A DNA stretch of 64,000 nucleotides, taken from contig CAXHJY010000898.1 in NCBI GenBank assembly GCA_964016885.1, forward strand, positions 1-64,000. The letters are read 5' to 3'. The notes under the pieces are model-generated. The model did no database searches, was not told the DNA's origin, and saw only the letters and a list, made by a program, of their open reading frames with translations. Position 1 is the stretch's first letter. Each line of letters starts with the position of its first letter. The position numbers and the translations under genes are program-made. Origin of the DNA: Eledone cirrhosa. Lineage: Eukaryota. This document shows, one piece after another, positions 37,401 through 50,990 of the stretch.

Positions 37401-40400
37401 GCTTAGCTTAGCTTAGCTTAGGATAGCTTAGGATAGCTTAGCTTAGCTTAGCTTAGGATAGCTTAGCTTAGCTTAGCTTAGGATAGCTTAGCTTAGCTTA
37501 GCTTAGGATAGCTTAGCTTAGCTTAGGATAGCTTAGCTTAGCTTAGCTTAGCTTAGGATAGCTTAGCTTAGCTTAGCTTAGGATAGCTTAGCTTAGCTTA
37601 GGATAGCTTAGCTTAGCTTAGCTTAGGATAGCTTAGCTTAGCTTAGCTTAGGATAGCTTAGCTTAGCTTAGCTTAGGATAGCTTAGCTTAGCTTAGCTTA
37701 GGATAGCTTAGCTTAGCTTAGGATAGCTTAGCTTAGCTTAGGATAGCTTAGCTTAGCTTAGCTTAGCTTAGCTTAGGATAGCTTAGCTTAGCTTAGCTTA
37801 GGATAGCTTAGCTTAGCTTAGCTTAGGATAGCTTAGCTTAGCTTAGCTTAGGATAGCTTAGCTTAGCTTAGGATAGCTTAGCTTAGCTTAGCTTAGGATA
37901 GCTTAGCTTAGCTGAGCTTAGGATAGCTTAGGATAGCTTAGCTTAGGATAGCTTAGGATAGCTTACCTTAGGAGAGCTTAGCTTAGGAAAGCTTAGCTTA
38001 GGATAGCTTAGGATAGCTTAGCTTAGGATAGCTTAGCTTAGGATAGCTTAGCTTAGGATAGCTTAGGATAGCTTAGCTTAGCTTAGCTTAGGATAGCTTA
38101 GCTTAGCTTAGCTTAGGATAGCTTAGCTTAGCTTAGCTTAGGATAGCTTAGCTTAGCTTAGCTTAGGATAGCTTAGGATAGCTTAGCTTAGGATAGCTTA
38201 GGATAGCTTAGCTTAGGATAGCTTAGGATAGCTTAGCTTAGGATAGCTTAGCTTAGGATAGCTTAGGATAGCTTAGCTTAGCTTAGCTTAGGATAGCTTA
38301 GGATAGCTTAGCTTAGGATAGCTTAGGATAGCTTAGCTTAGGATAGATTAGGATAGCTTAGCTTAGGATAGTTTAGGATAGCTTAGCTTAGGATAGCTTA
38401 GCTTAGGATAGCTTAGCTTAGCTTAGGATAGCTTAGCTTAGCTTAGCTTAGGATAGCTTAGCTTGGGATAGCTTAGGATAGCTTAGCTTAGGATAGCTTA
38501 GCTTAGGATAGCTTAGGATAGCTTAGCTTAGCTTAGCTTAGGATAGCTTAGCTTAGCATAGCTTCGGATAGCTTAGCTTAGCTTAGGATAGCTTAGCTTA
38601 GCTTAGCTTAGGATAGCTTAGCTTAGCTTAGCTTAGGATAGCTTAGCTAACCTTAGCTTAGGATAGCTTAGCTTAGCTTAGCTTAGAATAGCTTAGCTTA
38701 GGATAGCTTAGCTTAGGATAGCTTAGCTTAGGATAGCTTAGGATAGCTTAGCTTAGGATAGCTTAGGATAGCTTAGCTTAGGATAGCTTAGCTTAGCTTA
38801 GCTTAGGATAGCTTAGCTTAGCTTAGGATAGCTTAGCTTAGCTTAGCTTAGGATAGCTTAGCTTAGGATAGCTTAGGAAAGCTTAGCTTAGCTTAGCTTA
38901 GGATAGCTTAGCTTAGCTTAGCTTAGGATAGCTTAGCTTAGCTTAGGATAGCTTAGCTTAGCTTAGGATAGCTTAGCTTAGCTTAGCTTAGGATAGCTTA
39001 GCTTAGCTTAGCTTAGGATAGCTTAGCTTAGCTTAGCATAGGATAGCTTAGCTTAGCTTAGCTTAGGATAGCTTAGCTTAGTTTAGGAAAGCTTAGCTTA
39101 GCTTAGCTTAGGATAGCTTAGCTTAGCTTAGGATAGCTTAGCTTAGCTTAGGATAGCTTAGCTTAGCTTAGCTTAGGATAGCTTAGCTTAGCTTAGCTTA
39201 GGATAGCTTAGCTTAGCATAGGATAGCTTAGCTTAGCTTAGCTTAGGATAGCTTAGCTTAGCTTAGCTTAGGATAGCTTAGCTTAGGATAGCTTAGCTTA
39301 GCTTAGCTTAGGATAGCTTAGGATAGCTTAGCTTAGGATAGCTTAGCTTAGGATAGCTTAGGAAAGCTTAGCTTAGCTTAGCTTAGGATAGCTTAGCTTA
39401 GCTTAGCTTAGGATAGCTTAGCTTAGCTTAGCTTAGGATAGCTTAGGATAGCTTAGCTTAGGATAGCTTAGGATAGCTTAGCTTAGGATAGCTTAGCTTA
39501 GGATAGCTTAGCTTAGGATAGCTTAGGATAGCTTAGCTTAGGATAGCTTAGGATAGCTTAGCTTAGCTTAGCTTAGGATAGCTTAGCTTAGCTTAGCTTA
39601 GGATAGCTTAGCTTAGCTTAGCTTAGGATAGCTTAGGATAGCTTAGCTTAGGATAGCTTAGGATAGCTTAGCTTAGGATAGCTTAGGATAGCTTAGCTTA
39701 GGAAGCTTAGGATAGCTTAGCTTAGGATAGCTTAGCTTAGAATAGCTTATCTTAGCTTAGCTTAGCTTAGGATAGCTTAGGATAGCTTAGCTTAGGATAG
39801 CTTAGCTTAGCTTAGCTTAGGATAGCTTAGCTTAGCTTAGGATAGCTTAGCTTAGCTTAGCTTAGAATAGCTTAGCTTAGCTTAGGATAGCTTAGCTTAG
39901 CTTAGCTTAGGATAGCTTAGCTTAGCTTAGGATAGCTTAGCTTAGCTTAGCTTAGGATAGCTTAGCTTAGCTTAGCTTAGCTTAGGATAGCTTAGGATAG
40001 CTTAGCTTAGGATAGCTTAGCTTAGGTTAGCTTAGCTTAGCTTAGCTTAGGATAGCTTAGGATAGCTTAGCTTAGGATAGCTTAGCTTAGCTTAGCTTAG
40101 GATAGCTTAGCTTAGCTTAGCTTAGGAGAGCTTAGCTTAGCTTAGCTTAGGATAGCTTAGCTTAGGATAGCTTAGGATAGCTTAGCTTAGCTTAGGATAG
40201 CTTAGCTTAGCTTAGCTTAGGATAGCTTAGCTTAGCTTAGGATAGCTTAGCTTAGCTTAGCTTAGGATAGCTTAGCTTAGCTTAGCTTAGGATAGCTTAG
40301 CTTAGCTTAGCTTAGGATAGCTTAGCTTAGCTTAGGATAGCTTAGGATAGCTTAGGATAGCTTAGCTTAGCTTAGGATAGCTTAGCTTAGCTTAGCTTAT

Positions 40401-43400
40401 GATAGCTTAGCTTAGCTTAGCTTAGGATAGCTTAGCTTAGCTTAGGATAGCTTAGCTTAGCTTAGCTTAGGATAGCTTAGCTTAGCTTAGCTTAGGATAG
40501 CTTAGCTTAGCTTAGCTTAGGATAGCTTAGCTTAGGATAGCTTAGGATAGCTTAGCTTAGCATAGCTTAGGATAGCTTAGCTTAGGATAGCTTAGCTTAG
40601 GATAGCGTAGGATAGCTTAGCTTAGGATAGCTTAGGATAGCTTAGCTTAGGATAGCTTAGCTTAGGATAGCTTAGCTTAGCTTAGATTAGGATAGCTTAG
40701 CTTAGCTTAGCTTAGGATAGCTTAGGATAGCTTAGCTTAGGATAGCTTAGGATAGCTTAGCTTAGGATAGCTTAGCTTAGGATAGCTTAGCTTAGGATAG
40801 CTTAGGATAGCTTAGCTTAGGATAGCTTAGCTTAGGATAGCTTAGGATAGCTTAGCTTAGCTTAGGATAGCTTAGCTTAGCTTAGCTTATGATAGCTTAG
40901 CTTAGCTTAGCTTAGCTTAGGATAGCTTAGCTTAGCTTAGCTTAGGATAGCTTAGGATAGCTTAGCTTAGGATAGCTTAGCTTAGCTTAGCTTAGGATAG
41001 CTTAGGATAGCTTAGCTTAGGATAGCTTAGGATAGCTTAGCTTAGGATAGCTTAGCTTAGGATAGCTTAGCTTAGCTTAGCTTAGGAGAGCTTAGCTTAG
41101 GAAAGCTTAGGATAGCTTAGCTTAGGATAGCTTAGCTTAGGATAGCTTAGGATAGCTTAGCTTAGCTTAGCTTAGGATAGCTTAGCTTAGCTTAGCTTAG
41201 GATAGCTTAGCTTAGCTTAGGATAGCTTAGCTTAGCTTACCTTAGGATAGCTTAGCTTAGCTTAGCTTAGGATAGCTTAGCTTAGCTTAGCTTAGGATAG
41301 CTTAGCTTAGCTTAGGATAGCTTAGCTTAGCTTAGCTTAGGATAGCTTAGCTTAGGATAGCTTAGCTTAGGTTAGCTTAGCTTAGCTTAGCTTAGGATAG
41401 CTTAGGATAGCTTAGCTTAGCTTAGCTTAGGATAGCTTAGCTTAGCTTAGGATAGCTTAGCTTAGGATAGCTTAGGATAGCTTAGCTTAGCTTAGCTTAG
41501 CTTAGGATAGCTTAGCTTAGCTTAGCTTAGGATAGCTTAGCTTAGCTTAGGATAGCTTAGCTTAGCTTAGCTTAGGATAGCTTAGGATAGCTTAGGATAG
41601 CTTAGGATAGCTTAGCTTAGGATAGCTTAGCTTAGCTTAGCTTAGGATAGCTTAGCTTAGCTTAGCTTAGGATAGCTTAGCTTAGCTTAGGATAGCTTAG
41701 CTTAGCTTAGCTTAGGATAGCTTAGCTTAGCTTAGCTTAGGATAGCTTAGCTTAGCTTAGCTTAGGTTAGCTTAGCTTAGCTTAACTTAGGATAGCTTAG
41801 CTTAGCTTAGCTTAGCTTAGGATAGCTTAGCTTAGCTTAGGATAGCTTAGCTTAGCTTAGCTTAGGATAGCTTAGCTTAGCTTAGCTTAGGAGAGCTTAG
41901 CTTAGCTTAGCTTAGGATAGCTTAGCTTAGCTTAGCTTAGGATAGCTTAGCTTAGCTTAGCTTAGGATAGCTTAGCTTAGCTTAGCTTAGGATAGCTTAG
42001 CTTAGCTTAGCTTAGGATAGCTTAGCTTAGCTTAGGATAGCTTAGCTTAGCTTAGCTTAGGATAGCTTAGGATAGCTTACCTTAGGAGAGCTTAGCTTAG
42101 GATAGCTTAGCTTAGGATAGCTTAGGATAACTTAGCTTAGGATAGCTTAGCTTAGGATAGCTTAGCTTAGGATAGCTTAGCATAGGATAGCTTAGGATAG
42201 CTTAGCTTAGCTTAGGATAGCTTAGCTTAGCTTTGCTTAGGATAGCTTAGCTTAGCTTAGCTTAGGATAGCTTAGGATAGCTTAGCTTAGGATAGCTTAG
42301 GATAGCTTAGGTTAGGATAGCTTAGCTTAGGATAGCTTAGGATAGCTTAGCTTAGGATAGCTTAGGATAGCTTAGCTTAGGATAGCTTAGGATAGCTTAG
42401 CTTAGGATAGCTTAGCTTAGGATAGCTTAGGAAAGCTTAGCTTAGCTTAGCTTAGGATAGCTTAGCTTAGCTTAGCTTAGGATAGCTTAGCTTAGCTTAG
42501 CTTAGGATAGCTTAGCTTAGGATAGCTTAGGATAGCTTAGCTTAGGATAGCTTAGCTTATGATAGCTTAGGATAGCTTAGCTTAGGATAGCTTAGGATAG
42601 CTTAGCTTAGGATAGCTTAGCTTAGGATAGCTTAGGATAGCTTAGCTTAGCTTAGCTTAGGATAGCTTAGCTTAGCTTAGCTTAGGATAGCTTAGCTTAG
42701 CTTAGCTTAGGATAGCTTAGCTTAGCTTAGGATAGCTTAGGATAGCTTAGCTTAGGATAGCTTAGGATAGCTTAGCTTAGGATAGCTTAGGATAGCTTAG
42801 CTTAGGATAGCTTAGGATAGCTTAGCTTAGGATAGCTTAGCTTAGGATAGCTTAGCTTAGCTTAGCTTAGGATAGCTTAGCTTAGGATAGCTTAGGATAG
42901 CTTAGCTTAGGATAGCTTAGCTTAGGATAGCTTAGGATAGCTTAGCTTAGCTTAGCTTAGGATAGCTTAGCTTAGCTTAGCTTAGGATAGCTTAGCTTAG
43001 CTTAGCTTAGGATAGCTTAGCTTAGCTTAGCTTAGGATAGCTTAGGATAGCTTAGCTTAGCTTAGCTTAGCTTAGGATAGCTTAGCTTAGCTTAGCTTAG
43101 GATAGCTTAGCTTAGCTTAGCTTAGGATAGCTTAGCTTAGCTTAGCTTAGGATAGCTTAGCTTAGATTAGCTTAGGATAGCTTAGCTTAGCTTAGCTTAG
43201 GATAGCTTAGGTTAGCTTAGGATAGCTTAGCTTAGGATAGCTTAGCTTAGGATAGCTTAGCTTAGGTTAGCTTAGCTTAGCTTAGGATAGCTTAGGATAG
43301 CTTAGCTTAGGATAGCTTAGCTTAGCTTAGGATAGCTTAGCTTAGCTTAGGATAGCTTAGCTTAGCTTAGCTTAGCTTAGGATAGCTTAGCTTAGGATAG

Positions 43401-46400
43401 CTTAGGATAGCTTAGCTTAGCTTAGGATAGCTTAGCTTAGCTTAGCTTAGGATAGCTTAGCTTAGCTTAGCTTAGGATAGCTTAGGATAGCTTAGCTTAG
43501 CTTAGCTTAGGATAGCTTAGCTTAGCTTAGCTTAGGATAGCTTAGCTTAGCTTAGCTTAGGATAGCTTAGCTTAGCTTAGGATAGCTTAGCTTAGCTTAG
43601 CTTAGCTTAGGATAGCTTAGCTTAGCTTAGCTTAGGATAGCTTAGCTTAGCTTAGGATAGCTTAGCTTAGCTTAGCTTAGGATAGCTTAGCTTAGCTTAG
43701 CTTAGGATAGCTTAGCTTAGCTTAGCTTAGGATAGCTTAGCTTAGCTTAGCTTAGGATAGCTTAGCTTAGCTTAGGATAGCTTAGCTTAGCTTAGGATAG
43801 CTTAGCTTAGCTTAGCTTAGCTTAGCTTAGGATAGCTTAGCTTAGCTTAGCTTAGGATAGCTTAGCTTAGCTTAGCTTAGGATAGCTTAGCTTAGCTTAG
43901 CTTAGGATAGCTTAGCTTAGCTTAGGATAGCTTAGCTTAGCTTAGCTTAGGATAGCTTAGCTTAGCTGAGCTTAGGATAGCTTAGGATAGCTTAGCTTAG
44001 GATAGCTTAGGATAGCTTACCTTAGGAGAGCTTAGCTTAGGAAAGCTTAGCTTAGGATAGCTTAGGATAGCTTAGCTTAGGATAGCTTAGCTTAGGATAG
44101 CTTAGCTTAGGATAGCTTAGGATAGCTTAGCTTAGCTTAGCTTAGGATAGCTTAGCTTAGCTTAGCTTAGGATAGCTTAGCTTAGCTTAGCTTAGGATAG
44201 CTTAGCTTAGCTTAGCTTAGGATAGCTTAGGATAGCTTAGCTTAGGATAGCTTAGGATAGCTTAGCTTAGGATAGCTTAGGATAGCTTAGCTTAGGATAG
44301 CTTAGCTTAGGATAGCTTAGGATAGCTTAGCTTAGCTTAGCTTAGGATAGCTTAGGATAGCTTAGCTTAGGATAGCTTAGGATAGCTTAGCTTAGGATAG
44401 ATTAGGATAGCTTAGCTTAGGATAGTTTAGGATAGCTTAGCTTAGGATAGCTTAGCTTAGGATAGCTTAGCTTAGCTTAGGATAGCTTAGCTTAGCTTAG
44501 CTTAGGATAGCTTAGCTTGGGATAGCTTAGGATAGCTTAGCTTAGGATAGCTTAGCTTAGGATAGCTTAGGATAGCTTAGCTTAGCTTAGCTTAGGATAG
44601 CTTAGCTTAGCATAGCTTCGGATAGCTTAGCTTAGCTTAGGATAGCTTAGCTTAGCTTAGCTTAGGATAGCTTAGCTTAGCTTAGCTTAGGATAGCTTAG
44701 CTAAGCTTAGCTTAGGATAGCTTAGCTTAGCTTAGCTTAGAATAGCTTAGCTTAGGATAGCTTAGCTTAGGATAGCTTAGCTTAGGATAGCTTAGGATAG
44801 CTTAGCTTAGGATAGCTTAGGATAGCTTAGCTTAGGATAGCTTAGCTTAGCTTAGCTTAGGATAGCTTAGCTTAGCTTAGGATAGCTTAGCTTAGCTTAG
44901 CTTAGGATAGCTTAGCTTAGGATAGCTTAGGAAAGCTTAGCTTAGCTTAGCTTAGGATAGCTTAGCTTAGCTTAGCTTAGGATAGCTTAGCTTAGCTTAG
45001 GATAGCTTAGCTTAGCTTAGGATAGCTTAGCTTAGCTTAGCTTAGGATAGCTTAGCTTAGCTTAGCTTAGGATAGCTTAGCTTAGCTTAGCATAGGATAG
45101 CTTAGCTTAGCTTAGCTTAGGATAGCTTAGCTTAGTTTAGGAAAGCTTAGCTTAGCTTAGCTTAGGATAGCTTAGCTTAGCTTAGGATAGCTTAGCTTAG
45201 CTTAGGATAGCTTAGCTTAGCTTAGCTTAGGATAGCTTAGCTTAGCTTAGCTTAGGATAGCTTAGCTTAGCATAGGATAGCTTAGCTTAGCTTAGCTTAG
45301 GATAGCTTAGCTTAGCTTAGCTTAGGATAGCTTAGCTTAGGATAGCTTAGCTTAGCTTAGGATAGCTTAGGATAGCTTAGCTTAGGATAGCTTAGCTTAG
45401 GATAGCTTAGGAAAGCTTAGCTTAGCTTAGCTTAGGATAGCTTAGCTTAGCTTAGCTTAGGATAGCTTAGCTTAGCTTAGCTTAGGATAGCTTAGGATAG
45501 CTTAGCTTAGGATAGCTTAGGATAGCTTAGCTTAGGATAGCTTAGCTTAGGATAGCTTAGCTTAGGATAGCTTAGGATAGCTTAGCTTAGGATAGCTTAG
45601 GATAGCTTAGCTTAGCTTAGCTTAGGATAGCTTAGCTTAGCTTAGCTTAGGATAGCTTAGCTTAGCTTAGCTTAGGATAGCTTAGGATAGCTTAGCTTAG
45701 GATAGCTTAGGATAGCTTAGCTTAGGATAGCTTAGGATAGCTTAGCTTAGGAAGCTTAGGATAGCTTAGCTTAGGATAGCTTAGCTTAGAATAGCTTATC
45801 TTAGCTTAGCTTAGCTTAGGATAGCTTAGGATAGCTTAGCTTAGGATAGCTTAGCTTAGCTTAGCTTAGGATAGCTTAGCTTAGCTTAGGATAGCTTAGC
45901 TTAGCTTAGCTTAGAATAGCTTAGCTTAGCTTAGGATAGCTTAGCTTAGCTTAGCTTAGGATAGCTTAGCTTAGCTTAGGATAGCTTAGCTTAGCTTAGC
46001 TTAGGATAGCTTAGCTTAGCTTAGCTTAGCTTAGGATAGCTTAGGATAGCTTAGCTTAGGATAGCTTAGCTTAGGTTAGCTTAGCTTAGCTTAGCTTAGG
46101 ATAGCTTAGGATAGCTTAGCTTAGGATAGCTTAGCTTAGCTTAGCTTAGGATAGCTTAGCTTAGCTTAGCTTAGGAGAGCTTAGCTTAGCTTAGCTTAGG
46201 ATAGCTTAGCTTAGGATAGCTTAGGATAGCTTAGCTTAGCTTAGGATAGCTTAGCTTAGCTTAGCTTAGGATAGCTTAGCTTAGCTTAGGATAGCTTAGC
46301 TTAGCTTAGCTTAGGATAGCTTAGCTTAGCTTAGCTTAGGATAGCTTAGCTTAGCTTAGCTTAGGATAGCTTAGCTTAGCTTAGGATAGCTTAGGATAGC

Positions 46401-46570
46401 TTAGGATAGCTTAGCCTAGCTTAGGATAGCTTAGCTTAGCTTAGCTTATGATAGCTTAGCTTAGCTTAGCTTAGGATAGCTTAGCTTAGCTTAGGATAGC
46501 TTAGCTTAGCTTAGCTTAGGATAGCTTAGCTTAGCTTAGCTTAGGATAGCTTAGCTTAGCTTAGCTTAGG
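33700..46570. repeat. Tandem duplication, period ~6.05 kb (first copy lengthened by an internal 755-bp duplication)
   Basis: TGATA 36506/42560, GCTGA 37911/43965, GATTA (A 38347/44401) all 6054; GAAG 39702/45751 (6049); upstream GCATA 33742/40560 (6818, about 6054+755). Confidence 0.88.
35130..36650. repeat. Tandem duplication, period 755 bp
   Basis: CCTTAGGAGA 35261/36016, GGTTA 35491/36246, GGAAA 35611/36366, TGATA 35751/36506. Confidence 0.92.
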
Positions 46571-49500
46571 ATAGATTAGCTTAGCTTAGCTTAGGATAGC
46601 TTAGCTTAGCTTAGCTTAGGATAGCTTAGCTTAGCTTAGCTTAGGATAGCTTAGCTTAGCTTAGGATAGCTTAGCTTAGCTTAGGATAGCTTAGCTTAGC
46701 TTAGGATAGCTTAGCTTAGCTTAGCTTAGCTTAGGAGAGCTTAGCTTAGCTTAGCTTAGGATAGCTTAGCTTAGCTTAGCTTAGGATAGCTTAGCTTAGC
46801 TTAGGATAGCTTAGCTTAGCTTAGCTTATCTTAGCTTAGGATAGCTTAGCTTAGCTTAGCTTAGGATAGCTTAGCTTAGCTTAGCTTAGGATAGCTTAGG
46901 ATAGCTTAGCTTAGGATAGCTTAGGATAGCTTACCTTAGGATAGCTTAGCTTAGGATAGCTTAGCTTAGGATAGCTTAGGATAGCTTAGCTTAGCTTAGC
47001 TTAGGATAACTTAGCTTAGCTTAGCTTAGAAAAGCTTAGCTTAGCTTAGCTTAGGATAGCTTAGCTTAGCTTAGGATAGCTTAGCTTAGCTTAGCTTAGG
47101 ATAGCTTAGCTTAGCTTAGCTTAGGATAGCTTAGCTTAGGATAGCTTAGCTTAGGATAGCTTAGCTTAGGATAGCTTAGGATAGCTTAGCTTAGGATAGC
47201 TTAGGATAGCTTAGCTTCGGATAGCTTAGCTTAGCTAAGGATTGCTTAGCTTAGGATAGCTTAGGATAGCTTAGCTTAGCTTAGCTTAGGATAGCTTAGC
47301 TTAGCTTAGGATAGCTTATCTTAGCTTAGGATAGCTTAGCTTAGCTTAGGATAGCTTAGCTTAGCTTAGGATAGCTTAGCTTAGCTTAGCTTAGGATAGC
47401 TTAGCTTAGCTTAGCTTAGGATAGCTTAGCTTAGCTTAGCTTAGGATAGCTTAGCTTAGCTTAGCTTAGGATAGCTTAGCTTAGCTTAGCTTAGGAGAGC
47501 TTAGCTTAGCTTAGCTTAGGATAGCTTAGCTTAGCTTAGGATAGCTTAGCTTAGCTTAGCTTAGGATAGCTTAGCTTAGGATAGCTTAGGATAGCTTAGC
47601 TTAGCTTAGCTTAGGATAGCTTAGCTTAGCTTAGCTTAGGATAGCTTAGGATAGCTTAGCTTAGGATAGCTTAGGATAGCTTAGCTTAGGATAGCTTAGG
47701 ATAGCTTAGCTTAGGATAGCTTAGCTTAGGATAGCTTAGGATAGCTTAGCTTAGCTTAGCTTAGGATAGCTTAGGATAGCTTAGCTTAGGATAGCTTAGG
47801 ATAGCTTAGCTTAGGATAGATTAGGATAGCTTAGCTTAGGATAGTTTAGGATAGCTTAGCTTAGGATAGCTTAGCTTAGGATAGCTTAGCTTAGCTTAGG
47901 ATAGCTTAGCTTAGCTTAGCTTAGGATAGCTTAGCTTGGGATAGCTTAGGATAGCTTAGCTTAGGATAGCTTAGCTTAGGATAGCTTAGGATAGCTTAGC
48001 TTAGCTTAGCTTAGGATAGCTTAGCTTAGCATAGCTTCGGATAGCTTAGCTTAGCTTAGGATAGCTTAGCTTAGCTTAGCTTAGGATAGCTTAGCTTAGC
48101 TTAGCTTAGGATAGCTTAGCTAAGCTTAGCTTAGGATAGCTTAGCTTAGCTTAGCTTAGAATAGCTTAGCTTAGGATAGCTTAGCTTAGGATAGCTTAGC
48201 TTAGGATAGCTTAGGATAGCTTAGCTTAGGATAGCTTAGGATAGCTTAGCTTAGGATAGCTTAGCTTAGCTTAGCTTAGGATAGCTTAGCTTAGCTTAGG
48301 ATAGCTTAGCTTAGCTTAGCTTAGGATAGCTTAGCTTAGGATAGCTTAGGAAAGCTTAGCTTAGCTTAGCTTAGGATAGCTTAGCTTAGCTTAGCTTAGG
48401 ATAGCTTAGCTTAGCTTAGGATAGCTTAGCTTAGCTTAGGATAGCTTAGCTTAGCTTAGCTTAGGATAGCTTAGCTTAGCTTAGCTTAGGATAGCTTAGC
48501 TTAGCTTAGCATAGGATAGCTTAGCTTAGCTTAGCTTAGGATAGCTTAGCTTAGTTTAGGAAAGCTTAGCTTAGCTTAGCTTAGGATAGCTTAGCTTAGC
48601 TTAGGATAGCTTAGCTTAGCTTAGGATAGCTTAGCTTAGCTTAGCTTAGGATAGCTTAGCTTAGCTTAGCTTAGGATAGCTTAGCTTAGCATAGGATAGC
48701 TTAGCTTAGCTTAGCTTAGGATAGCTTAGCTTAGCTTAGCTTAGGATAGCTTAGCTTAGGATAGCTTAGCTTAGCTTAGGATAGCTTAGGATAGCTTAGC
48801 TTAGGATAGCTTAGCTTAGGATAGCTTAGGAAAGCTTAGCTTAGCTTAGCTTAGGATAGCTTAGCTTAGCTTAGCTTAGGATAGCTTAGCTTAGCTTAGC
48901 TTAGGATAGCTTAGGATAGCTTAGCTTAGGATAGCTTAGGATAGCTTAGCTTAGGATAGCTTAGCTTAGGATAGCTTAGCTTAGGATAGCTTAGGATAGC
49001 TTAGCTTAGGATAGCTTAGGATAGCTTAGCTTAGCTTAGCTTAGGATAGCTTAGCTTAGCTTAGCTTAGGATAGCTTAGCTTAGCTTAGCTTAGGATAGC
49101 TTAGGATAGCTTAGCTTAGGATAGCTTAGGATAGCTTAGCTTAGGATAGCTTAGGATAGCTTAGCTTAGGAAGCTTAGGATAGCTTAGCTTAGGATAGCT
49201 TAGCTTAGAATAGCTTATCTTAGCTTAGCTTAGCTTAGGATAGCTTAGGATAGCTTAGCTTAGGATAGCTTAGCTTAGCTTAGCTTAGGATAGCTTAGCT
49301 TAGCTTAGGATAGCTTAGCTTAGCTTAGCTTAGAATAGCTTAGCTTAGCTTAGGATAGCTTAGCTTAGCTTAGCTTAGGATAGCTTAGCTTAGCTTAGGA
49401 TAGCTTAGCTTAGCTTAGCTTAGGATAGCTTAGCTTAGCTTAGCTTAGCTTAGGATAGCTTAGGATAGCTTAGCTTAGGATAGCTTAGCTTAGGTTAGCT

Positions 49501-50990
49501 TAGCTTAGCTTAGCTTAGGATAGCTTAGGATAGCTTAGCTTAGGATAGCTTAGCTTAGCTTAGCTTAGGATAGCTTAGCTTAGCTTAGCTTAGGAGAGCT
49601 TAGCTTAGCTTAGCTTAGGATAGCTTAGCTTAGGATAGCTTAGGATAGCTTAGCTTAGCTTAGGATAGCTTAGCTTAGCTTAGCTTAGGATAGCTTAGCT
49701 TAGCTTAGGATAGCTTAGCTTAGCTTAGCTTAGGATAGCTTAGCTTAGCTTAGCTTAGGATAGCTTAGCTTAGCTTAGCTTAGGATAGCTTAGCTTAGCT
49801 TAGGATAGCTTAGGATAGCTTAGGATAGCTTAGCCTAGCTTAGGATAGCTTAGCTTAGCTTAGCTTATGATAGCTTAGCTTAGCTTAGCTTAGGATAGCT
49901 TAGCTTAGCTTAGGATAGCTTAGCTTAGCTTAGCTTAGGATAGCTTAGCTTAGCTTAGCTTAGGATAGCTTAGCTTAGCTTAGCTTAGGATAGATTAGCT
50001 TAGCTTAGCTTAGGATAGCTTAGCTTAGCTTAGCTTAGGATAGCTTAGCTTAGCTTAGCTTAGGATAGCTTAGCTTAGCTTAGGATAGCTTAGCTTAGCT
50101 TAGGATAGCTTAGCTTAGCTTAGGATAGCTTAGCTTAGCTTAGCTTAGCTTAGGAGAGCTTAGCTTAGCTTAGCTTAGGATAGCTTAGCTTAGCTTAGCT
50201 TAGGATAGCTTAGCTTAGCTTAGGATAGCTTAGCTTAGCTTAGCTTATCTTAGCTTAGGATAGCTTAGCTTAGCTTAGCTTAGGATAGCTTAGCTTAGCT
50301 TAGCTTAGGATAGCTTAGGATAGCTTAGCTTAGGATAGCTTAGGATAGCTTACCTTAGGATAGCTTAGCTTAGGATAGCTTAGCTTAGGATAGCTTAGGA
50401 TAGCTTAGCTTAGCTTAGCTTAGGATAACTTAGCTTAGCTTAGCTTAGAATAGCTTAGCTTAGCTTAGCTTAGGATAGCTTAGCTTAGCTTAGGATAGCT
50501 TAGCTTAGCTTAGCTTAGGATAGCTTAGCTTAGCTTAGCTTAGGATAGCTTAGCTTAGGATAGCTTAGCTTAGGATAGCTTAGCTTAGGATAGCTTAGGA
50601 TAGCTTAGCTTAGGATAGCTTAGGATAGCTTAGCTTCGGATAGCTTAGCTTAGCTAAGGATTGCTTAGCTTAGGATAGCTTAGGATAGCTTAGCTTAGCT
50701 TAGCTTAGGATAGCTTAGCTTAGCTTAGGATAGCTTATCTTAGCTTAGGATAGCTTAGCTTAGCTTAGGATAGCTTAGCTTAGCTTAGGATAGCTTAGCT
50801 TAGCTTAGCTTAGGATAGCTTAGCTTAGCTTAGCTTAGGATAGCTTAGCTTAGCTTAGCTTAGGATAGCTTAGCTTAGCTTAGCTTAGGATAGCTTAGCT
50901 TAGCTTAGCTTAGGAGAGCTTAGCTTAGCTTAGCTTAGGATAGCTTAGCTTAGCTTAGGATAGCTTAGCTTAGCTTAGCTTAGGATAGCT
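44150..50990. repeat. Near-perfect tandem duplication, period 3419 bp
   Basis: Constant 3419 offset: GATTA (A 44401/47820), GAAG 45751/49170, TAGCC 46412/49831, CTTCGG (C 47218/50637), TAGGAGA 47492/50911. One visible difference: GAAAA ~47029 vs GAATA ~50448. Confidence 0.95.
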
